Source of the DNA: an uncultured delta proteobacterium | GTDB taxonomy: Bacteria > Desulfobacterota > Binatia > UBA9968 | Length of the DNA stretch: 64,000 nt | Assembly (NCBI GenBank): GCA_963804165.1 | Contig: CAWDPO010000043.1 | Coordinates: 128,001 to 192,000 of the forward strand | Direction: 5' to 3' | Part shown: positions 54,122 to 64,000 of the stretch, piece after piece | Layout of the letters: each line of letters begins with the position of its first letter | How positions within the stretch are numbered: the first letter of the stretch is position 1 | Notes under the pieces: generated by a model | The model's input: only the letters and a program-made list of their open reading frames with translations | Databases searched by the model: none | Told to the model about the DNA's origin: nothing | Made by a program: the position numbers and the translations under genes

Positions 54122-54988
54122 CTACTGATAGCCTTTTTGCAGCCACCACTCGGCGATTTCGATGCGGCGGGCGAACCACACTTTGGGAAAGCCCTTAGCG
54201 TATTGGATGAATTCGTCGATGATCTTGGTGCGAAACGGCACACCCGAGACAAACGGGTGCATGTTGAAAGCGAAGTATTTTGGCGCACCCCGTTCCCCCT
54301 CCCAGTAGAGATAGTCAAACTGGTCTTTCATGATCTGCAACAGATCTCTTGGCGTTCGTCCGGTGCCGTACGTTGAGTAGTCGTTGCATCCCGGCACATT
54401 GTAAGGAACGACGACCACTTTGCGACCTTGAGCCTCGACAATGTAAGGATTATCGCTGTTGAGAGGATCCGCCCACCAGACGAAGCCGGCCTCAGCCACC
54501 AGCTCCAGAGTGTTCGGCGTCGAAGCGTGTCCCGGTGACAAATACCCCGTCGGTTTTTGCCCCAGAACTTTTTCAAATGCCGCCACTGTTTTCTGAATCG
54601 ACTCCCGCTCCTGTTCCTTGGTGTACATGAACGAGTACTCGTGCTCGTAGCTTTCCGAAGAAAATTCATGCCCCTTGGCTTTAAATTCTTTGCACATGTC
54701 GGCGAACTGTTCCACCTTCAAACCGTTCATCAAAAACGTCACTTTGAGATTATGACGATCGAAGAGATCGCTGATTCTCCAGATGCCGACGCGGTCGCCG
54801 TATTCTCGTTCGGTGACAAGCGCCATATTTTGCTTAAACGGCGCCTTCGGCGGCGGAATCGTGGCGCCGCCCTGGCGCTGCAGAGATTCGTGGCTGCCAA
54901 AGTTCTCCGGCCACACTTCCCACGGCACAATGAAAGTCACACAGATTTTGGCCTTATCCGGCCATTCTATCGCTGCTGGTCTGCCCAT
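54122..54988 (-). CDS. Polysaccharide deacetylase family protein (PuuE-like CE4)
   Basis: WPDKAKICV; EYGDRVGIWRI; DQFDYLYWEG; MHPFVSG; VWFARRIEIA. Confidence 0.88.
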   Translation of the reverse strand: MGRPAAIEWPDKAKICVTFIVPWEVWPENFGSHESLQRQGGATIPPPKAPFKQNMALVTEREYGDRVGIWRISDLFDRHNLKVTFLMNGLKVEQFADMCKEFKAKGHEFSSESYEHEYSFMYTKEQERESIQKTVAAFEKVLGQKPTGYLSPGHASTPNTLELVAEAGFVWWADPLNSDNPYIVEAQGRKVVVVPYNVPGCNDYSTYGTGRTPRDLLQIMKDQFDYLYWEGERGAPKYFAFNMHPFVSGVPFRTKIIDEFIQYAKGFPKVWFARRIEIAEWWLQKGYQ

Positions 54989-55158
54989 ACTTGCTCCTTC
55001 GATCAGGGATTTTTTACTGCGATGAACGCAAAGTTCACAACAGACCAAACATATATGGCAGCCACCTTGGCTCGTCAAGCGGAACACACGCGGTTGGGTT
55101 TGCAATTAACTTGACATCCAACTCAGGTGCATCTAAATCTTGAGCGCTGCAGGGTCCG

Positions 55159-56130
55159 ATGAAATCTCAAACGTTGTTGCTGGCCATTTTCCTGTCTCTG
55201 GCGATTGTCCCCGCCGCCCGCGGACAATCGTCGCTCGACAAAGTCGTCATCACCTATCCCAGCCGCAGCATCGCCTCTGTTGATCTTTATATCGCCCAGG
55301 ACCGCGGTTTTTTTCGCCAAGAAGGGATCGTCGCCGACGTGGTGCAAGTCAGGGGCAATATCGGCGTCACTGCGCTCTTGAGCGGTGATGCACACGCGGT
55401 CAATAATGTCGGCACGGTGATCCGCGCCATGGAGCGGAGCGATCTTCCGGTCAAAGTGGTCTCGCAGAGTTTGAAGAAAAATCTTTTCTGGCTCGTCACC
55501 AAGCCGGAAGTGAAATCTCTAAGTGATCTCAAAGGTAAGGTCTTTGGCACGACGACGCTCGGCGGCTCGCAGCATCTTGCCGCCCTGCGCCTGTTGCAAA
55601 AAGCCGGGTTGGACCCGGACAAAGACATCACGGTCGTAATCGGCGGCGACGTGCCGGCACAGTTGCAAAGTCTAATGAGCGGGGTCATTCAACTAGCCGC
55701 GCTGTCTCCGCCCACCGTCATCCTGGCGAGAGATAAGTTCAAGTTGAAAATTCACGGCAGCACGCTCGAAGATGTGCCCAATCTACAAAACGGCCTCGCC
55801 TTCTCGGAAAAATTGCTGCGGGAACAACGGCAATTGGTAAAACGCATCCTGCGTGCCCGCTCGCGCGCGCACCGCTACTTTTGGGAAAACGAACACGGCA
55901 CGGCGGACGTCTTAGCGAATTACTTGAAAGTAGACCTTCCGGTCGCTCTCGAGTCCTATCGGCTTGCGCGTCCGGCATTCACGGCCAACGGCCTCGCTAC
56001 CGACAGAGAAGTCGAAGATTTTCTACGCGCGGACGCTGATGTGCTCAAACTTCGCGAGCCCGTGCCGGCAGCGAAAATTTTTGATTTCAGTCTGCAAAGA
56101 GAAGTAAACCAGGAATTGGAAATTAGGTAA
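55159..56130 (+). CDS. ABC transporter substrate-binding protein (NMT1/SsuA-like)
   Basis: Signal peptide; IAQDRGFFRQEG; SLSDLKGK; GLDPDKD. Confidence 0.88.
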   Translation: MKSQTLLLAIFLSLAIVPAARGQSSLDKVVITYPSRSIASVDLYIAQDRGFFRQEGIVADVVQVRGNIGVTALLSGDAHAVNNVGTVIRAMERSDLPVKVVSQSLKKNLFWLVTKPEVKSLSDLKGKVFGTTTLGGSQHLAALRLLQKAGLDPDKDITVVIGGDVPAQLQSLMSGVIQLAALSPPTVILARDKFKLKIHGSTLEDVPNLQNGLAFSEKLLREQRQLVKRILRARSRAHRYFWENEHGTADVLANYLKVDLPVALESYRLARPAFTANGLATDREVEDFLRADADVLKLREPVPAAKIFDFSLQREVNQELEIR

Positions 56131-56186
56131 CTGCGGACGCTGATGTTTTCGCGCCGCAAAACCAACAATGAGGGAGACTCGTGACT

Positions 56187-57136
56187 ATGAATATTCTGAT
56201 CACCGGAGCCGGATTGATCGGGTCAAACACCGCGCGCCACACTGTCGATGCCGGCCATAAAGTAGTTCTTTTCGATGTCTCACCCAACCGCGATTATATC
56301 GATAAAATCGTCGGCAAGGACAAAGTCGATGTGGTCGCCGCGGACATGCGCGATTTGCCTGCGCTACTTGCCGCGCTGGAAAAATACAACGTGGACACAC
56401 TGGTCGACTACCGCGGGGCTGATCGGCTCGCGGGTTCAAGAAAATTCCTATACCGGCGCGACCAACAATATTCTGGGCACGATCAATGTCCTGGAAGCTG
56501 CGCGATTGCGTAAACTTAGACGCGTAGTTTACGTCAGCACTTTCGGTGTTTACGATCGCGACAAAATCACCGACAGCGTCATCCGCGAAACTCACCCCAT
56601 CGGCGGGCATAATCTCTACGCGACGACGAAAGTCTGCTCTGAACAGCTCGTCCATGCATATGCCAGTATGTATAACCTCGACACGATAATAATCCGCCCG
56701 GGCGGCGTTTTCGGCCGCGGTTTTTACGTCGGCGGTTCGACCGTCGGGAAGGTCATGCGCGATTTGGCGCTCAGTATCATTAAAGGCGAACCGATTACCC
56801 TCGACGCCAAGACCTTCGGTCCCAATGAATATGTCTACGGCAAAGATGTCGGCATCGCGCTATTTCTCGCCTGCCAGGCGCAAAATCCGAAACAGCGAAT
56901 ATACAACGCGGGGACCGGCGTCGTACACGGCGCCAACGAGCTCGCGCAAGTCGTCAGAGAGCTGTTGCCGAATGTGGAAGTAAAAGTCAGCGGGGCTAGC
57001 GGCGCCGATAAGAGCCGGAGCATCCCGATGGACATCAGCGTCATCTAAAACTGAGTTAGGCTATACGCCGAAGTTTACGCTGAAAGACGCATTGCGCGAT
57101 TACATGGACGAGTTGTGGGCTGAGCAACGAAATTAG
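56187..57136 (+). CDS. NAD-dependent epimerase/dehydratase, frameshifted
   Basis: ILITGAGLIG; NILGTINVLEAAR; YATTK (YxxxK); YNAGTG. Confidence 0.88.
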
Positions 57137-57161
57137 CTTTCCGGTTGTTCCAAATGCAACC

Positions 57162-57182
57162 TTGAAACTGGCAACTGGAATC
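57162..57182. repeat. Degenerate heptamer repeat between convergent genes
   Basis: TTGAAAC TGGCAAC TGGAATC. Confidence 0.4.
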
Positions 57183-57185
57183 TGC

Positions 57186-57896
57186 CTAATTCCCGAAGCG
57201 AAACCGAATCATGTAATACAACGCGGCGAGTCCGTCTTTCCAGGTGATCTTTTTTCCTTCTTCGTACGTGCGGCCATGGTATGCGATCGGCACTTCGTAA
57301 AAGCGGCAGCCTTTTTTCGCCAGCTTGACAGTGATTTCCGGCTCGAAGCCAAATCGCTTCGATTCCAGCTCGATGCCTTTCAGCACCTCGGCACGAAAAA
57401 CTTTGTAGCCTACTTCCATGTCGGAGAGGTTCAAATTAGTAAGGATGTTGGAGAGCAGTGTCAGCAAATGATTGCCCATGGAGTGCCAAAAAAAAAGCAC
57501 CCGGTGCGCGCCACCGCCGGCGAAGCGGGTGCCGTAAACGACGTCGGCCAATCCGTCCTGGATCGGCTGCAACAACCTCGGATAATCCTTGGGATCATAT
57601 TCCAAATCCGCGTCCTGAATAATCACCACGTCGCCGGTCACGTGACTCATCGCGGTTTTGAGCGCGGCGCCCTTACCCTCGTTCTGCGGTTGAAAAAAGA
57701 CCTTGATGCTATTCAGTCCGTCTCCGGCGCGGCGATTTTCTTCCTGCAGCCGGGTCAGGATGTCGCGGCTACGATCTTTCGAGCCGTCGTCGACGAAAAT
57801 GATTTCTTTCGTCATTGGCACGGCGCAGACACGGCGCCCGATTTCCTCCAGCGTGCGCTCTTCGTTGTAGACGGGAACCAGAACCGAGAGCTTCAC
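57186..57896 (-). CDS. Glycosyltransferase family 2 (DPM1-like)
   Basis: LSVLVPVYNE; VDDGSKD; QDADLEYDP; RFGFEPE; EEGKKITWKDG. Confidence 0.93.
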   Translation of the reverse strand: MKLSVLVPVYNEERTLEEIGRRVCAVPMTKEIIFVDDGSKDRSRDILTRLQEENRRAGDGLNSIKVFFQPQNEGKGAALKTAMSHVTGDVVIIQDADLEYDPKDYPRLLQPIQDGLADVVYGTRFAGGGAHRVLFFWHSMGNHLLTLLSNILTNLNLSDMEVGYKVFRAEVLKGIELESKRFGFEPEITVKLAKKGCRFYEVPIAYHGRTYEEGKKITWKDGLAALYYMIRFRFGN

Positions 57897-58675
57897 TGTT
57901 CGAATTCGCGCTTCTTGAGCTCACGCACGAAAGCGGAGAGCTTGGGATCAGAGTTGACGGCTTCGTTGATCTTCGCCTGGAAGTCCGCGGCTGCGCGTTC
58001 CAAAGGACCCGTATCCACGCGCAAGCCAAGCCATTGATTGAGCCGCAGCAGCAAGGCCAGGGTACCGCGCGGATTGGGCGACACCGAAAGGTAATGGGGC
58101 AGCGACGCCCACAGACTCACGTGCGCCACACCCGCGGCGCGGCAAGCATCGGCCAATACGCCGACGATGCCGGTCGGCCCTTGATAACGCGAAGGCACGA
58201 GATCGAGTTGCTCCACCAATTGCGGATCCGTGGAAAACCCCGTGAGCGGCACTGGACGAGTATAGAGAACTTCATCGAGATAGGCACCCAAGAGTGATCA
58301 CCGTATCGATCTGGCACTCGCGCGCAAAACGCAGCATGGTTTCCGTGAACGTGCGCCAGCGCAGATGTGGTTCGGCCCCGATGCCGAGCACAAAGTCCTT
58401 TATCGACGCCGATGCCGGGGCCATGATAAAAGTCGTAAGACGGCCAATGAATTTCACGCTCCTTGTTATCGTTCAAACGAACCATCGGACGCTGCCTGTA
58501 AAAATCGTAAAACTCCTCGGGATCGATGGTGGCAAATTTCTTGCTCATCAGCTGATCGATCAGATATCGTACCGCAGTTGTCGCCGAAGCGCCGGCGTCA
58601 CTCCAACCGGCAAACGACAATAACAACATCGGGATTTCTCAGCGCGGGGCGGCTGTCAAAGTTGAGAGCTTCCAT
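57893..58675 (-). CDS. PAC2 family (proteasome assembly chaperone-like) protein, frameshifted
   Basis: FAGWSDAG; IDPEEFYDF; EPHLRWRTF; YQGPTGI; SLWASLPHY. Confidence 0.88.
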
Positions 58676-58807
58676 GATTGATTGCTAATCTAGCATATCT
58701 TCGCCCAACCGCTCCAGCGCAAAAATGGCAACCGGACGGAGACATCCTGTAACCTCTGATGCAAACGAATCCAGTCGGCAAAACGGCTAGGAGTTAGCCA
58801 CTCGGTT

Positions 58808-58816
58808 TGCTATAGT
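58808..58816 (+). promoter_or_regulatory. Extended -10 (sigma-70) upstream of the PolB gene
   Basis: TGCTATAGT, 13 nt before the ATG at 58830. Confidence 0.45.
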
Positions 58817-58829
58817 AAAAAACACTTTG

Positions 58830-61141
58830 ATGAAAACCTCCCAACACCCACTTCCACCGTTGTTTCAAAAGAACGAGGTGCTCTTTGGCCATGCCGGCGA
58901 GCCTGGATTGATCGCATTGGAGATCGACGGGGATGATAAAGTCAAGATTTTCTCCCGTGACGGCGACAAGTTATCTTCAGAGAGAGTGCCGTTTGAGCCG
59001 TTCATGCTGCTGGCGGGCGACGACGGCCTGAAAGGCTGGCAAGGCGAGGCGGAAATCGAAGTGCTCGACGGCGGCGGCGCGTTTAATCGCTTGGCCTGTT
59101 TCCCAACCAAAAGCAACTCGAAGACGCCAAGAGTCATCTGCAAGCTAAAACTGGCAAATCGCCATCAGCGGGCGATGCGCCTTATTGGTATTTCAGCGAC
59201 CCACTGCACCAGTTTCTGTTGCTTTCCGGCAAAACGCATTTTCTGGGAATGACGTTTCGCGACTTGAAACGCATGCAAGCTCGACATCGAGACCTATTGC
59301 CAAGAATGTTTTACTTTTCCCAATCCAGCCCGCGAGAGCGACCGGATCACCGCCATCGCCATGTCCGATTCGACAGGCTGGGAGCGGCTGATCTCAGGCA
59401 AGGAACTGGATGAAGCGCGACATGCTGCGGGAGCTCGTTAAAGAGATTCGCGAGCGCGACCCGACGTGATCGAAGGCCATAACATGTTTCGCTTCGATCT
59501 CGAATACATCGAAGCACGCGCCAAGCGGCATAAAGTCGCGCTCAACTCTCGGGCGCGACGGCTCGTGCTCGGGCGGCCATGCCTCGCGAATGCAGATCGC
59601 CGAGCGCACGATCACCTATCGCAAATATGAAATTTTCGGCCGCCACATCATCGACACCTGGATACTCGCGCAACATTACGATGTCGCTACCCGGGAACTG
59701 GAAAGTTTCGGTCTCAAAGATGTCGCGCGCCACTTCGGCATTGCCGGCGCCGAACGCACTTACGTGCCGAGCGACAAGACCAGCTGGTACTTCGATCATG
59801 ATCCGGACACACTTTTCCGCTACGCCCTGGACGATGTGCGCGAGACCCGGGCGATCTCGGAGATTTTATCGTCCAGCTATTTTGTCGCAGGCGCAAATTT
59901 TTCCCGTACAGCTACCAAAACATCCCGCTGCGCGGCAACGCCACCAAAATCGACGCACTGTTTCTGCGCGAATATTTGCACCAGCGCCGCTCCGTGCCGT
60001 ATCCCGACGAAGGTCGGCGACGTCATCGGCGGTTTCACCCAAATGGAGTACCAGGGCACCGCCCAGCGCGTCTTGCACTGCGACGTGACCTCGCTCTATC
60101 CGTCGCTCATGCTGGTGTACAATTACCTGCCGAAGAAGGATGAGCTCGGCGTTTTCGCGGGCTTGCTCCGCGATCTGCGCAGCGTTCCGGCGTGAAAGCC
60201 AAAGAACTGGCGCGAGACGCCTAGGACGAGGAAAGCCGCGTTTATTTCAACGCGCTTGCAATCGACGTTTAAAATTCTCATCAACTCGTTTTACGGCTAC
60301 CTTGGTTTCCAGATGGGCCACTTCAACGATTTCGAGCGCGGCAAACCAGGTGACCGCCAAGGGCCGGGAGCTGATCCAGTCCGCCATTGCCTGGCTTAAA
60401 AAGAATGACGCCAAAATCATCGAAGTCGACACCGATGGCATCTACTTCGTGCCGCCTGAGAACTTAGGGACCGAAGCCGACGAGGAACGACTGATCGCCG
60501 ACCTCGCGGCGATTCTGCCCAAAGGCATCGAGCTGGAGCTCGACGGCCGCTACCCGGCGATGTTCAGCTACAAGATGAAAAACTACGCGCTGCTGGACGA
60601 GCAGGGCACGGTTGCGGATCAAGGGCTCCGGGCTGCGTTCGCGCGGTCTCGAGTTGTTCCAACGCGAATGGCTGGAAGAAATGCTGACATTGCTCCTGAA
60701 AGATGAGCAGGAAAAAATTCCGCAGCTCTACAATCGTTACGTCGACGACATCGACCAGCACCGCAAAGAAATTACTTGGCTGGCGAAAACCGAGACGCTG
60801 CAGGACTCGTTGGAAATCTACCAGGCAAAGCTCAAAGCCAAGAAGCGCAACGCCGGTGCGCCCTACGAGCTGGCGTTAAAAGCCGATCGCCGCTATCAGC
60901 CGGGCGACCAGATCTCCTATTACGTGACCGGCACAAAGCCAAAGTGAAAATCAACGAAAACTGCAAATTAGCATCCGAATGGGACGCGGAGAACCCCGAC
61001 GAAAACGTCGAACATTACAAAGCGAAGCTCAATGAACTGTATGAGAAATTTAAGCCTTGGATCGAAGTGCGAAAGACACCGCGAATCCAGAAGCCGCGAA
61101 CTGAGCGCTGGTCCAACTCAGTTCTCTTCATTCGTTCCTGA
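58830..61141 (+). CDS. Family B DNA polymerase with 3'-5' exonuclease, frameshifted
   Basis: Exo motifs DIETY, GHNMFRFD, YALDD; pol motifs DVTSLYPS, FKILINSFYGY, EVDTDG; KNYA. Confidence 0.9.
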
Positions 61142-61157
61142 GTCTTGATACGCAGCG

Positions 61158-61902
61158 ATGAAACGACCGATACAACAAAGTTGCTCTCATCACCGGCGGC
61201 GCCAAGGGATCGGCCGCGCCGTCGCCTTGGATCTTGGCTAACCAGGCTGGCAGGTGGCGATATGCTATCGCACCAGTGCCAGGAAGCCAACGAAGTCATC
61301 GATGTCGTAAGCAAAAAGGCGGTCAGCGGCATGTCGATTGCAATGCGACGTCTCCAATCCCGAAGCCGGGACGGGCTTGGTGGAGCGAGTGCACCAAGAA
61401 TGGGGTCGGATCGACGCGCTGATCAACGGCGCCGGCCCCTACCATCGAGTGTCGCTGCTGCAAGAAACCAACGACGGCTGGCATTCGATGTTCGACAACA
61501 ACCTCCATCCGGTTTTTTATTTGACCCAGGCGGTCATTCCGATTATGAAAGAGCGCAAATGGGGGCGAATCGTGTGCTTCAGCATGGCGAACGCCGAACA
61601 GCTCATCGCCCAGCCCCAGCTCACAGCGCACTACATCAGCAAGGTCGGCTTGCTGGCGCTGTCGCGTTCTTATGCCAAGTTCATCGCGCCCGACGGCATC
61701 ACTATAAATTGCGTTTCCCCCGGATTTATCGACTCAGGCAGCGCGCCCAAAGAAGAGCTCGAGCGCATGGTGAAGATTTATTCCGGCGGGTTATATCGGC
61801 AGCGTGGACGATGCGGTGTCGGCAGTGCGTTTCTTGCTGTCCGATGAAGCGCGCTACGTCAATGGCGCCAACATTCAGCTGAGCGGCGCCTGGGGAGTGT
61901 AG
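61158..61902 (+). CDS. SDR family oxidoreductase, frameshifted
   Basis: ALITGGAKG; IDALINGAG; HYISK (YxxxK); INCVSPG. Confidence 0.88.
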
Positions 61903-61966
61903 AAAAGAATCGAAACCGACGGTATAGAGTAATCTCGACTCCATGCGGCGAGATGACGACAAATCA

Positions 61967-62456
61967 ATGGCGCACAGTAAAGATCAAGAACGCGCGCTGG
62001 AGCTCATCGGCGAAGCGATGAAACATCAGATGGCGCGAGGAATTCGACGACGCGATTCGGCTTGTATAGAGAATCCATCGCGATCTATCCTACCGCCGAT
62101 GCGCATACGTATTTGGGTTGGGCCTATAGCTTTATCGGGCGACTCGAACGAAGCCATCGCCCAATGCGAGATCGCCATCCAGCTCGACCCGGAATTCGGC
62201 AATCCCTACAACGACATCGGCGTCTATTTCATGCAGCAGCAGCAGTTCGACGACGCCATCGCCTGGTTCGAGCGGGCAAAATCCGCCAAACGCTACGAGC
62301 CGCGTCACTTTCCTTACATCAATCTCGGCCGGATTTATCTTAACCAAAGGAATGATTCAAAGGGCGCTGGAAGAGTTCGGCAACGCGCTCAAGATCAATC
62401 CGGACGACAGCGAACTTTCGCAACTTGTCGAAGAATGGCGCACGAAGCTCCAGTAA
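61967..62456 (+). CDS. Tetratricopeptide repeat protein, frameshifted
   Basis: PTADAHTYLGWAYS; AIQLDPEFGNPYNDIG; RYEPRHFPYINLG. Confidence 0.85.
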
Positions 62457-62502
62457 CGATTTCGTTCCGCCGCAGCGTCGACCGGGTGCGAGCGCAAACG
62501 CG

Positions 62503-63825
62503 TTAGCTAGCCTCCGCGATCGCGGCATCGAAGATCTTCACCGCGACACCTGCCTGCTCAGCCGTAACGATCAATGGCGGGCAAAAACGTAGTGTGCTCT
62601 GGCCGCAGCTTAGGAGCAATAAACCTTTTTCAAAACAGTTCTGCATGACGCGATCGCGCAATTTTCCGTCGGGGGTGTGACTACCGTCGGAGCGCTCGAA
62701 ATCGACCCCGATCATCAGCCCCAAGCCGCGCACATCACCGATCACGGAATGGCGACCTTTGAGACCGGAAAGTAGCTCCTTCAGAGTTACGCCGATTTTG
62801 GCAGAGTTCTCGACCAATCCCTCTTCCAGCAATTGGATCGTCGCCAACGCCGCCGCGCAAGCGACCGGATTGCCACCGAAAGTGCTGCCGTGGGTGGTAC
62901 TTTTCCAGGTGCTGATATCGGCGCGTGCAATCATCGCGCCCAACGGCATGCCACTGGCGATGCCTTTGGCGGCGCAAAGAATGTCCGGTTCGATGCTCCA
63001 GTGTTCGCACGCGAACATTTTACCGGTGCGGCCGAAGCCAGATTGAATCTCATCCGCAACGAAAAGAATGCCGTATTTCCGGCAAAGATCCTGGAGCATC
63101 GGCAAATATTCAGGCGGCGGTACGATGTAACCGCCTTCGCCTTGGATTGGCTCGACAAAAATCGCCGCGACTTCCTCAGGGCGGACTTCATAGCGAAAGA
63201 GAATTTTTTCCAGAACTTCAACGCACTCGATGCCGCAGGATCCGTATTTCAATTGGTAGGGACAACGATGGCAGAACCCATACGGCACATGGTGCACGCC
63301 GGCAATCAGCGGGCCGAAATGCGCTCGATGGGACGCGCGGCTGGCGGTAAGCGATAAAGCCCCGAGCGTCCTGCCATGAAAAGCGCCGTGAAAAGCGATG
63401 ATATGCTGGCGCTTGGTATGATAGCGCGCGAGCTTGATGGCGGCTTCGACGGTCTCGGTGCCCGAGTTTGTGAAAAATACTTTCTTCGGCTGGGTGCCTG
63501 GCGCCAATCGGTTGAGCTTCTCCGCCAGCTCCACCATCGGCTCGTAGTAATAATCGCTGCCACAGATATGGAGAAATTTTTTGGCTTGTTCGCTGATCGC
63601 TTTGACCACCTGCGGGTGCGAGTGGCCGGTGCTCGCCACGGCGATGCCCGCCATGAAATCGAGAAACAAATTCCCGTCCACGTCTTCGACGACCATACCC
63701 GACGCTTGTTTCACCACCAACGGATACACCCGGCCGTATGCCGGCGCCGTGACTTGATGATCGCGGTCGATCATCGCCTTTGCTTTGGGCCCCGGCAACG
63801 CTGTCTTGATTTGCGGTGCTTTCAT
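62503..63825 (-). CDS. Class III PLP aminotransferase (4-aminobutyrate/acetylornithine aminotransferase family)
   Basis: NSGTET; FHGRT; EPIQGEGG; DEIQSGFGRTG; AKGIASG; HGSTFGGNP. Confidence 0.93.
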   Translation of the reverse strand: MKAPQIKTALPGPKAKAMIDRDHQVTAPAYGRVYPLVVKQASGMVVEDVDGNLFLDFMAGIAVASTGHSHPQVVKAISEQAKKFLHICGSDYYYEPMVELAEKLNRLAPGTQPKKVFFTNSGTETVEAAIKLARYHTKRQHIIAFHGAFHGRTLGALSLTASRASHRAHFGPLIAGVHHVPYGFCHRCPYQLKYGSCGIECVEVLEKILFRYEVRPEEVAAIFVEPIQGEGGYIVPPPEYLPMLQDLCRKYGILFVADEIQSGFGRTGKMFACEHWSIEPDILCAAKGIASGMPLGAMIARADISTWKSTTHGSTFGGNPVACAAALATIQLLEEGLVENSAKIGVTLKELLSGLKGRHSVIGDVRGLGLMIGVDFERSDGSHTPDGKLRDRVMQNCFEKGLLLLSCGQSTLRFCPPLIVTAEQAGVAVKIFDAAIAEAS

Positions 63826-63843
63826 TTAGTTTTCCTCGTCCAG

Positions 63844-63913
63844 AGTTTTGAGTCTCGCGTCTGGAGTTCCACGGGTTCCCGAAAGCTCGAGACTCGCCCT
63901 AGACCCGAAACCC
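63844..63913. repeat. Heptamer-periodic inverted repeat
   Basis: AGTTTTG AGTCTCG CGTCTGG AGTTCCA...; GAGTCTCG (63850-57) vs CGAGACTC (63888-95). Confidence 0.6.
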
Positions 63914-64000
63914 TCAATTGTTGTCAATCTGCGCCCGTTGCAGCTTGCCGGAATAGTCGACGTAAATCGATTTCCACTCAGTGAAAATATCGTAGACCGT
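63914..64000 (-). CDS. Aldehyde dehydrogenase family protein, C-terminal end (truncated by window edge)
   Basis: TVYDIFTEWKSIYVDYSGKLQRAQIDNN*; upstream of a class III aminotransferase. Confidence 0.75.
   Translation of the reverse strand, partial: TVYDIFTEWKSIYVDYSGKLQRAQIDNN

Overview
Bacterial DNA, probably a Binatota/Deltaproteobacteria-like soil or sediment organism (inferred from gene content). It carries many single-base indels, most likely long-read errors because even secD/secF/recJ/tgt are broken. The window has two halves. Left (1-~28.8 kb): an accessory stress/dormancy region with a CRP/FNR fragment, four USP genes, a stand-alone aeRF1-like domain protein, LOG, RNase II, a giant cyclic beta-1,2-glucan synthase, DedA, RMD1/DUF155-like, MgtC/DUF4010, acyl-CoA ligase, a HAD-P-loop fusion, YbaK, HPF, Hsp20 and Lon/DksA remnants. 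It ends at a lone 3' half of tRNA-Glu(CTC) next to an IHF-like site, which looks like the att boundary of an integrated island. Six sigma-54 (-24/-12) promoter motifs in three back-to-back pairs head the transcription units between 17.5 and 28.5 kb. Right (~29-64 kb): mostly core genes (muramidase, MFS, PAS-DHp-REC protein, APC-USP transporter, yhhQ, recJ, secF-secD-yajC-tgt-queA, SPFH/NfeD, UDG, coaBC, mlaA, RluA, ManC, TrmI, PAC2, family-B DNA polymerase, aminotransferase) with short heptamer-periodic intergenic repeats. No CRISPR array, rRNA, intact tRNA, integrase or transposase was seen. Product calls come from motif recognition by eye; no searches were run.
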